From: Escherichia coli
GTDB taxonomy: Bacteria > Pseudomonadota > Gammaproteobacteria > Enterobacterales > Enterobacteriaceae
Reading direction: 5' to 3' (one strand)
Assembly (NCBI RefSeq): GCF_003334385.1
Contig: NZ_QOWN01000071.1
DNA length: 8,756 bases
Shown: one piece after another, positions 1-6,050 of the stretch
Position numbering within the stretch: the stretch's first letter is position 1
Layout of the letters: each line of letters starts with the position of its first letter
The notes under the pieces: model-generated
What the model was told of the DNA's origin: nothing
Database searches by the model: none
The model's input: only the letters and a program-made list of their open reading frames with translations
Position numbers and translations under genes: made by a program

Positions 1-99
1 AACGCGAGGCATCGTCTTAACGAGGCACCGAGGCGTCGCATTCTTCAGATGGTTCAACCCTTAAGTTAGCGCTTATGAGATTTTTCCCCGCCAGCGTCA

Positions 100-876
100 T
101 CATTTCCGGATTTTCGCCAGTGCATCCGCCATGCTGCGGATTTCATCCCGTGCCTCCAGAACAACCTCCCGCAGAATATCCCGGTCAAACCAGCGACGGG
201 ACGGTTCATCCGGTATACGCAGCACATCACAGACCAGACCACTGGCCAGGATATGCTCAATACAATCGCTGACCAGGTACATTTCCACCGACGAAAAACG
301 TGCTCCCCGGTTCACGATGGCATCGAGCACCACGGGCAGATTTTCGTCATCTTCATCAAGCCAGCAGGGGTAATCGCTTTCCTTCACAACCAGACGAAAG
401 CGGCGCGTCTGGCGGGTCAGCAACGTCTGACCGGTGGTGGTCAACGCCGCACGGATACGCCGCGCATCTTCTGCCACCCGGCAACTGACACTGCATACTG
501 CATCGCGCACCGCATCAAAAACCGCCCTGATTTCTTCCTCCGTCAGCCATTCACCGGCATACGGGAAAGACACCTGCGTTCCGTCTGCCGGAAGTACCGG
601 CAGCGACTGCCACTGACTGCCGGACAGTACAACTTCCGCCCCGGTTCCGGTCAGTTTCTGAATGGCGGAGGCCAGGTGCGGCGGCAGCACGCCATCGTGG
701 CGGTTAACGAGTAACGTCGCCAGCCGGGGCGCATCCAGCAGAACATAAATGCTGATCCAGCCCGGATACTTCGGGTTACGCTGGTCAACATCCGTCTCTT
801 CCGGCCAGCCCTGCGCCAGCAGCAGGTTGCGGGCGTGACGACAAATCAGTGCGTTCAGCGTTGTGTTTTCGTTCAT
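100..876 (-). CDS. Hypothetical protein (258 aa), last gene of the methyltransferase-led operon
   Basis: Long ORF on the minus strand. The reverse complement of 877-895 gives ttcaGGGAGAacgattaat immediately before the ATG, a Shine-Dalgarno-like GGGAGA. It follows the three upstream minus-strand genes with short gaps. I do not recognise a family; function unknown. Confidence 0.7.
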   Translation of the reverse strand: MNENTTLNALICRHARNLLLAQGWPEETDVDQRNPKYPGWISIYVLLDAPRLATLLVNRHDGVLPPHLASAIQKLTGTGAEVVLSGSQWQSLPVLPADGTQVSFPYAGEWLTEEEIRAVFDAVRDAVCSVSCRVAEDARRIRAALTTTGQTLLTRQTRRFRLVVKESDYPCWLDEDDENLPVVLDAIVNRGARFSSVEMYLVSDCIEHILASGLVCDVLRIPDEPSRRWFDRDILREVVLEARDEIRSMADALAKIRK

Positions 877-921
877 GATTAATCGTTCTCCCTGAATCGC
901 CGCCCGGAGGCGGCGATAACA

Positions 922-1356
922 TCAGTCGTTTTCGTGTCTGTTGTTTTTCAGCAGGGTGCGGGCCTGATTAATCACCGCCTGACGGCGGGTGACGCATTCC
1001 GGGACGGCGAGGCCATAATCCCGGGCGGCCCATTCACGTTTCCACAATGCCTGTTCAGCGGTCTGAATCAGGGACGTCAGCAGTTCAGCAGGGACGGTCA
1101 CCTGGCGGTTTTCTCTCACGTTATTGATGATCTCCATCGCCACGCCGGAAGAAATACCGGATTCAGTCCGCTGGTCTTCCGGGATGTCCTCCAGGCGCGC
1201 CAGGACGGTTCTGATTTCATGATCGGACAGAGAAATATCCATTCCGTCAGCGAGGGCCTGAATCTCTTCCGGGGACCAGATAACCAGCATCAGCGGCGTG
1301 TCTCCCGGATACTTTGCTGCCAGCGCCCGGCATAGCGTTTCGCATGTTCCGTACAT
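922..1356 (-). CDS. Hypothetical protein (144 aa), third gene of the methyltransferase-led operon
   Basis: ORF with a strong RBS: the reverse complement upstream of the ATG reads gattgAGAAGGAGAcgaga-ATG. It sits 13 bp downstream of the preceding minus-strand gene. No family recognised from the sequence alone. Confidence 0.7.
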   Translation of the reverse strand: MYGTCETLCRALAAKYPGDTPLMLVIWSPEEIQALADGMDISLSDHEIRTVLARLEDIPEDQRTESGISSGVAMEIINNVRENRQVTVPAELLTSLIQTAEQALWKREWAARDYGLAVPECVTRRQAVINQARTLLKNNRHEND

Positions 1357-1369
1357 TCTCGTCTCCTTC

Positions 1370-1591
1370 TCAATCTTTGAAGCAGGAATCCAGTTCCAGA
1401 ATTTCGGTATACGCCTCCATGAACAGGCGATTGGCGCGATACAGCGTCTGGCGTGTCAGGCGTTCAACAAGCACATCGGAATCAAAGCGACAGCGATGCT
1501 CCATATCGTTCAGCCTGGCCCGAAGGTCACACATGGTGTTGGCCACCTCCGCCACGTCGGCGCGAAGTTTTTCGTGTCCGGCATAGTTCAT
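1370..1591 (-). CDS. Hypothetical small protein (73 aa), translationally coupled to the methyltransferase gene
   Basis: Its ATG directly abuts the methyltransferase stop (minus strand reads ...TAA-ATG). GGAGG lies 8 nt upstream of the ATG, inside the methyltransferase 3' end. Small size makes the call less certain. Confidence 0.6.
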   Translation of the reverse strand: MNYAGHEKLRADVAEVANTMCDLRARLNDMEHRCRFDSDVLVERLTRQTLYRANRLFMEAYTEILELDSCFKD

Positions 1592-2275
1592 TTACGCAGC
1601 CTCCGGTTCAAACCAGTTATCATTCGCGGCCCCCTGCTGCATGGCCCGTTGCACGGCGGCCAGTCGTTGCTGTCCGGCACGGTGATACTGTTCAAGCAGC
1701 TCGATACCGATATACCGGCGTCCGGACTGAAGGGCGGCCACGCAGGTTGAGCCGCTGCCTGCAAACGGGTCCAGCACAATCGCGTTCGGATGTGTGAAGC
1801 TCTCAATCAGCGGTTGCAGGCTGGTAACGGGCTTTTCCGTCGGGTGATGACGATTGCCTGAATATTTCCAGCCCAGCACATCCGGCAGAGGGTTACGGGG
1901 CCGGGCCGGACTGCCCTTTGCCAGGATGTAAGCGCATTCGTGGCGGTACGCGACATACGCAGATTTGGATGTGTAGTTTTTGGTGAACACGAGGTGCCCT
2001 GCCACGCTGAATCCGGCGCGTTTCCAGGCCGCCATAAAGCGGTCAATACGGTGCCAGCCGTAGAAGCTGACCATCAGCGCGTCTTTTTTGAGTACGCGGT
2101 ACATTTCATTACAGGCCGGTTGCAGCCATTCATCGGTTTTATCGCCAGCGATGGTGCGCCCGAAACGGTCACGAAAACCGACGAGGTACGGCGGGTCAGT
2201 CAGTATGAAATCAATGGCGTTATCAGGAATACGGGCCATAACATCGATGCAGTTACCGAGGACAAAACGGGACAT
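1592..2275 (-). CDS. Orphan DNA methyltransferase, N6-adenine/N4-cytosine beta-class (227 aa)
   Basis: The translation contains DPPY near the N-terminus (ILTDPPYLVGF) followed later by an FxGxG AdoMet-binding motif (VLDPFAGSGST) and HPTEKP. This motif order is typical of beta-class amino-methyltransferases. RBS AGGAG lies upstream of the ATG (reverse complement of 2276-2290 is agaAGGAGcgttgtt). No restriction endonuclease partner is adjacent. Confidence 0.85.
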   Translation of the reverse strand: MSRFVLGNCIDVMARIPDNAIDFILTDPPYLVGFRDRFGRTIAGDKTDEWLQPACNEMYRVLKKDALMVSFYGWHRIDRFMAAWKRAGFSVAGHLVFTKNYTSKSAYVAYRHECAYILAKGSPARPRNPLPDVLGWKYSGNRHHPTEKPVTSLQPLIESFTHPNAIVLDPFAGSGSTCVAALQSGRRYIGIELLEQYHRAGQQRLAAVQRAMQQGAANDNWFEPEAA

Positions 2276-2620
2276 AACAACGCTCCTTCTCTTACAGAGG
2301 ACACCAGGAGGGCACCCCTGTGGTGCCCGTTCCCCGCTGCCTGTGGGCTGTTCACCGCGTCCGGTAACGGGTCAGGCCGACCGTGGAATACCGCAGCAGC
2401 CGTCGTCTTTCTGACGGCAAGGCTATGCCGCGAAAGCGGCTTGAAGGGCGTTCATCAGAAAAGGGCTCCTGGCTGGCGTACACTGGCACCGACGCCAGCC
2501 AGGAGCGGTAAAAGCGCCCGTCCCGTGCCTGATCGGACGCGGGACACTGACCACAGGCAGCGTTCCTGCCGCGCCGCGTCAGCCGGCGCAGTAAAAAGAG
2601 GAGCCCGGCGACATCCTTTG
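2276..2620 (-). promoter_or_regulatory. GC-rich, hairpin-dense non-coding leader upstream of the methyltransferase operon (possible promoter or single-strand promoter-like element)
   Basis: No credible ORF with an RBS. Inverted repeats read directly: perfect 15-bp stem gctcctggctggcgt (2465-2479) with acgccagccaggagc (2492-2506) and a 12-nt loop; GGGCACC (2310-2316) with GGTGCCC (2322-2328); GCCGTC (2399-2404) with GACGGC (2413-2418); gtcccg (2520-2525) with cgggac (2540-2545). The region lies between the parR terminator and the methyltransferase start. Confidence 0.45.
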
Positions 2621-2654
2621 TCGGAAAAGAAAAAAGGACGCAACAGCGTCCTTT
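2621..2654 (-). terminator. Rho-independent terminator downstream of the parR-like gene
   Basis: Stem AGGACGC (2635-2641) and GCGTCCT (2646-2652) with loop AACA. On the minus strand the hairpin is followed by a U-run (plus-strand A-run ggaaaagaaaaaa at 2621-2634). It sits 16 bp after the parR-like stop. Confidence 0.65.
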
Positions 2655-2669
2655 AACAGAGTTCAGTTC

Positions 2670-3098
2670 TTATTCATCATCCGGAAACAAGTTCTTAATG
2701 TTGTTTCTTGTTTCCAGGAGATTCTGATCGACTGGAGCAGATATTTCTTGCGTAGCAGAATCAACCGCAGGCAGGATCGTTTTTGCATTATTACCGGCAG
2801 ACTGCAGAAATGCCTCCAGCAAACGAACAACTTCACCATTTTCCTGTTGTGGTAGCGTACTACTGATAATTCGTTGAATATCCCGCATAGACGTGCTGTC
2901 TGTCAGGAATTCAGCTATCAGAAACGGCAATCGTTCATCCTGTTTCATCAATGCAGCACCACACAACATCATGGCCCGCATTGCCCGACCACGTTCTTTC
3001 TGAGGCAATTTTTCAAGAAACCTGTCAGCCACCCGATCAGCTGCATTTCGTTCCGGATAAATATAAAAAGAGCACTTACGATTATCAGCCATACTCAT
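2670..3098 (-). CDS. parR: ParR/StbB-like centromere-binding partition protein (142 aa)
   Basis: Small gene immediately downstream of the parM-like gene and overlapping it by 4 nt (ATGA). By recollection it resembles plasmid R1 ParR in its central part (...LPQKERGRAMRAMMLCGAALMKQDERLPFLIAEFLT...). An alternative start two codons in (3092) has better SD spacing. Confidence 0.65.
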   Translation of the reverse strand: MSMADNRKCSFYIYPERNAADRVADRFLEKLPQKERGRAMRAMMLCGAALMKQDERLPFLIAEFLTDSTSMRDIQRIISSTLPQQENGEVVRLLEAFLQSAGNNAKTILPAVDSATQEISAPVDQNLLETRNNIKNLFPDDE

Positions 3099-4075
3099 CC
3101 CTTCATTGCCATCATTCCCAACACCAGATCGAACTGAGGATTGTCACTGACAAAGAAACGGTTATCACCCACTCCTGTCGCTTTTTTTACTGCCCCAGCC
3201 ACAAGGCTGGCACCACCGCCAACAACCATAACATGAGTAAAACCAGCAAAGCGTCCTACTGAATCCGCCACACGATGCTGCAGTTTTTTTTCCCGGTCAC
3301 GTAATACTGTCAGGATCTGCTCACGCTGTTCTGCATTCGGGATATAACGAGTCAGGAATTCATTGTCATCCCGGCCCTGGATTAGACGATCTGCAAAATA
3401 AGAACTGGTTCGTGTACTCACATTCACATCCATCGCATGCTTAACTGCTTCAGTAATGATGGAAACGCCTGTCTTGGGGTCACAATAAGTTTTTGTGAAA
3501 CCGGACATTTTGCTGCGGACATGTGCAATATCAAGGGTCGTTCCACCGATATCAACGATCAACAGCGACTCCAGATCATTCAGATCTTTCAGCACGTCAA
3601 AACCGGCAGGCACGGACTCAGGCAAGACACTGACTTTACGAATGGTAAAGTTTTCACGCCCCTGAACTGTTACAGCTCGTCTGACATTATTTTTCTTACG
3701 TTCGATATTAGCCAGATTTGGCTGATCGTTCTCATCCAGATACTCACCTAAAGGTAAAGTCACAACAATATCAACAGGTTGCGGAGCAATACCTGACTGC
3801 ATCAACGCATGATGAATAGCAACCACATTAACGTCGCTGTACTGATAACGCGTTTCTGTGGTGCGCACTGCATCCGGACTCAATTGATCAAAGCTGTATT
3901 TCTCTCCATCAATCTCATAGTTTGCGGAAGCGGGTATAGTGGCATCAGTCAGTCCCTGCAGCGTCATAGACCATTCCGGTTTAAAACTATTCGGGCTAAT
4001 TAACGTTTTCACTGCACCGTCTTCAACCCAAGCCAGTTTGATGTTGGTAGAACCGTCATCTACAAAGATACGCAT
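3095..4075 (-). CDS. parM: ParM/StbA-like actin-family plasmid segregation ATPase
   Basis: The N-terminus MRIFVDDGSTNIKL, the phosphate-2-like LIVDIGGTTLDIAHV, and HVMVVGGGASLV match recalled ParM/StbA (R1/R100) motifs. I place the start at the ATG at 4075-4073, preceded by GTGAGGTTCTGG. The ORF track extends to a GTG at 4087 that overlaps that SD. Confidence 0.85.
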   Translation of the reverse strand: MRIFVDDGSTNIKLAWVEDGAVKTLISPNSFKPEWSMTLQGLTDATIPASANYEIDGEKYSFDQLSPDAVRTTETRYQYSDVNVVAIHHALMQSGIAPQPVDIVVTLPLGEYLDENDQPNLANIERKKNNVRRAVTVQGRENFTIRKVSVLPESVPAGFDVLKDLNDLESLLIVDIGGTTLDIAHVRSKMSGFTKTYCDPKTGVSIITEAVKHAMDVNVSTRTSSYFADRLIQGRDDNEFLTRYIPNAEQREQILTVLRDREKKLQHRVADSVGRFAGFTHVMVVGGGASLVAGAVKKATGVGDNRFFVSDNPQFDLVLGMMAMKG

Positions 4076-4087
4076 CCAGAACCTCAC

Positions 4088-4300
4088 AGAATAAAATGGA
4101 TTTTTTTAGAAAAATATGGTGTCGAAAAAGATTATCACCTAGAAACACGCATCAGTAAAGACCTGATATCGGCCACAAACAGAAAGATAAAGAAAAATAA
4201 AGACAAAAACCGACTCAAATAGCACACCAGGGAACAAACAAGAACAATAAAAGACAAATGCAGTTAAAATTCAGAAAAAAACTGAACAGGTGAACGGAGA
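4088..4300 (-). promoter_or_regulatory. AT-rich upstream region of the parMR-like operon (putative promoter and parC-like centromere)
   Basis: About 210 bp of A-rich non-coding sequence directly upstream of parM, where parC sits in known parMRC loci. Loose recurrences of aaagac/aaagat motifs are visible, but I could not delineate clear iterons by eye. Confidence 0.3.
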
Positions 4301-4664
4301 AGGGGGCTCATCCAGCACATGCTGTATTTGGGTTCAGTTTGGAATTCGGAAAATAAACCACGTTAAGACTATTTTTTAGCCAAATGGCTTTCAGGAATCG
4401 CCAGAATGGCGGGACAACAGTGGTTTTGGTGTCCGAAATCGTACAATTCTGTACATCTACGCAAGGAAATGTACGGAAGTAAGCCAAATGGTTATCGGAC
4501 GGTAGGAACATTTCGTACAGCCTTTACGTTCAGTGAGTGAGCTGGTCTGGATGTAACCACTCGTTCAACTCAATTCTCTTAGCGTGGGAAAATTTCCTTT
4601 CTCCAAGCGGCTCCCAAACCGTAATTCCCGGCAAGCCCGGTAAGCTGGGCAGCAAGCTAGGCAC

Positions 4665-4964
4665 TCAAAGAATGAACCGGGGATTCTGACGCTGACCTAC
4701 AACCGCCAGGATATTGACACGACGGGCCTTATCATTCACTTCATAAAGTACATGCTGCCCAAGTAAGCTAATACGACGAACCCCTTCGCCATAGCGTTCA
4801 TCAGTTTCATACAGCCGAGGGTAATCAGCCAGGCGATCGGTTGCAGTGATCAGACGCTCTGTCACGTTCCTTGCATCCCAAAGAGATGCATTCTCAGCCA
4901 GATATTCAAACAGCGCAGTTATATCTTCAATTGCACCTGGTCGCCATTCTATTTCATAACTCAT
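4665..4964 (-). CDS. RelE/ParE-superfamily toxin of a type II toxin-antitoxin module (99 aa)
   Basis: About 100-aa protein whose start overlaps the upstream small gene by 11 nt. The sequence pattern (YEIEWRPGAIEDI..., ...RRVNILAVVGQRQN) is consistent with RelE/ParE-fold toxins as I recall them. Confidence 0.7.
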   Translation of the reverse strand: MSYEIEWRPGAIEDITALFEYLAENASLWDARNVTERLITATDRLADYPRLYETDERYGEGVRRISLLGQHVLYEVNDKARRVNILAVVGQRQNPRFIL

Positions 4965-5217
4965 TGCGCAGTTCCTGATAACGTCCCTGTAGTTGCTGGC
5001 GCAGTTGCGCGGAACTCATTCCCGGCCGCTTATCGGCGCGAGCAGCGGCAACTTTCGCTCGTATCTGTTCGTCGTATTCTGCCCGTGCCAGTTCTTCATT
5101 AGCAAGGCGTTGCAATAGTGCAGACTTGTCTGTACTGCCTTCTGGAAAAATACGAGGCAGGCTTTCGGCCAGCTCGCGCAGGAAATTGGCGTTTTCGTAA
5201 TGTGTGGTGCTATTCAT
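4954..5217 (-). CDS. Putative antitoxin of the RelE/ParE-type module (87 aa from the second ATG)
   Basis: Small ORF upstream of and overlapping the toxin gene (antitoxin-first order). I prefer the second ATG at 5217 because the minus strand reads ATGAAGGGGGAGTCAACT-ATG, which places a GGGGGAG SD about 7 nt before it. The ORF track starts at 5235. Antitoxin family uncertain. Confidence 0.6.
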   Translation of the reverse strand: MNSTTHYENANFLRELAESLPRIFPEGSTDKSALLQRLANEELARAEYDEQIRAKVAAARADKRPGMSSAQLRQQLQGRYQELRNEL

Positions 5218-5291
5218 AGTTGACTCCCCCTTCATTTAATAAAGAGCAATTACAGGTTTTTTGATGTCGTACGCATGGGTATAACGAGTCA

Positions 5292-5305
5292 GAATATCGA
5301 TATTC
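5292..5305. promoter_or_regulatory. Perfect 14-bp palindrome GAATATCGATATTC upstream of the toxin-antitoxin operon (candidate operator)
   Basis: Read directly; self-complementary. It lies about 75-88 bp upstream of the preferred antitoxin ATG. Type II antitoxins commonly autoregulate through palindromic operators. Confidence 0.3.
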
Positions 5306-5619
5306 ACTCCGATGATATTGTTTCACAGGCAGGCGATAACCGGAAAATAATGCTCATTTACCTGGCAATCTGCGTGTTGTCAGGTTTTATACAGAGTATA
5401 TAACCTTTCAGACACAGCCACCAACATATGCCGCGTCAGCGGCATGGAAGGCGGTACTCTGTGGTTACATGCGGCACAAGTGTAAAACCGCCGAAGCCCG
5501 GCGTAAGCCGGTACTGATTGACAGGTTTCACCTTACCCACCCCCGGCCCTGCCAGACAGTGGGGGCTTAAAGGGGTAGTGTGACATCCTGACAGCAACTG
5601 AAAGCAAAATGTAAACACA

Positions 5620-5812
5620 ATATTAATTTTTGTAAAAAAGCAATAACTATACAAACATAACTAACTGATATTACTATTAAATATTTAACAGGCGTACAAA
5701 TTTAGTTCAAATTATCATTGCAAAATATAGTTAATTACAGCAAGTAACTAGTGTTGGCCAACATACTATTCAGATGTCATAAGCATTAATTTCCCTTAAA
5801 AAAGGAGTCCTT
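5620..5812 (+). promoter_or_regulatory. AT-rich promoter and leader region of the microcin B17 operon
   Basis: Strongly AT-rich tract directly upstream of mcbA. Candidate -10-like hexamers are TATAGT (5726-5731) and TCATAA (5777-5782), the latter with TTGGCC (5754-5759) 17 bp upstream. mcbA RBS AGGAG is at 5803-5807, 5 nt before the ATG. Exact promoter not mapped. Confidence 0.4.
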
Positions 5813-6010
5813 ATGGAATTAAAAGCGAGTGAATTTGGTGTAGTTTTGTCCGTTGATGCTCTTAAATTATCACGCCAGTCTCCATTAGGTGTTGGCATTG
5901 GTGGTGGTGGCGGCGGTAGCTGCGGTGGTCAAGGTGGCGGTTGTGGTGGTTGCAGCAACGGTTGTAGTGGTGGAAACGGTGGCAGCGGCGGAAGTGGTTC
6001 ACATATCTGA
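5813..6010 (+). CDS. mcbA: Microcin B17 precursor peptide McbA, variant with a shortened poly-Gly linker (65 aa)
   Basis: The translation MELKASEFGVVLSVDALKLSRQSPLG-VGIGGGGGG-SCGGQGGGCGGCSNGCSGGNGGSGGSGSHI matches the microcin B17 leader and core as I recall them, including the Gly-Ser-Cys and Gly-Cys-Ser heterocyclisation sites. Only 6 Gly codons (5900-5917) follow VGI. Confidence 0.95.
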   Translation: MELKASEFGVVLSVDALKLSRQSPLGVGIGGGGGGSCGGQGGGCGGCSNGCSGGNGGSGGSGSHI

Positions 6011-6027
6011 TACGTTGAATTAACCGT

Positions 6028-6050
6028 TCAGGGAGCATGGTGCTCCCTGA
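6028..6050 (+). promoter_or_regulatory. Perfect stem-loop between mcbA and mcbB (10-bp stem, 3-nt loop)
   Basis: tCAGGGAGCA (6028-6037), loop TGG, TGCTCCCTGa (6041-6050), verified base by base. It starts 18 nt after the mcbA stop and encloses the first in-frame ATG of the mcbB ORF (6037). It is not followed by a U-tract. Confidence 0.5.

Noticed and set aside
253-714. 153-aa plus-strand ORF (and nearby 75-272, 131-373, 300-488, 434-616 ORFs)
   Set aside because: All lie antisense to the well-supported 258-aa minus-strand gene, lack RBS, and have Arg/Gly/Pro/His-biased composition typical of the GC-rich opposite strand. Spurious.
934-1750. Plus-strand ORFs 934-1335, 1298-1750, 1314-1586 and 1453-1797
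   Set aside because: Antisense shadows of the minus-strand 144-aa, 73-aa and methyltransferase genes. No start-site support.
2635-2652. The same hairpin as a plus-strand terminator
   Set aside because: On the plus strand the stem is followed by only TTT then AAC, and no plus-strand gene ends upstream. It functions, if at all, for the minus-strand parR transcript.
1940-2656. 238-aa plus-strand ORF spanning the methyltransferase 5' end and the hairpin-rich region
   Set aside because: Antisense to the methyltransferase, then running through GC-rich structured DNA. No RBS, and the composition is Arg/Ala/Pro-rich and low complexity. Artefact of GC-rich sequence lacking stop codons.
4076-4087. 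GTG at 4087 as the parM start (ORF-track start, MRFW extension)
   Set aside because: The extension overlaps the SD (GTGAGG) that serves the ATG at 4075. That ATG gives an N-terminus (MRIFVDDGSTNIK) matching the ParM family as recalled.
4377-4491. Direct repeat AGCCAAATGG at 4378-4387 and 4482-4491 (104 bp apart)
   Set aside because: A single 10-mer recurrence is expected by chance many times in a window of this size. No additional copies or flanking similarity.
4308-4511. 67-aa minus-strand ORF between the partition locus and the toxin gene
   Set aside because: No Shine-Dalgarno sequence, no recognisable family, and it is located in an otherwise featureless spacer. Insufficient support.
5436-5654. 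72-aa minus-strand ORF in the spacer upstream of the mcb promoter
   Set aside because: No RBS; it spans a GC-rich to AT-rich transition, and its composition is implausible for a protein. Treated as non-coding.
5900-5990. GGT/GGC/AGC repetitive tract considered as a possible repeat array or CRISPR-like structure
   Set aside because: It is the coding microsatellite for the Gly/Ser/Cys-rich microcin B17 core. No spacer-repeat periodicity.
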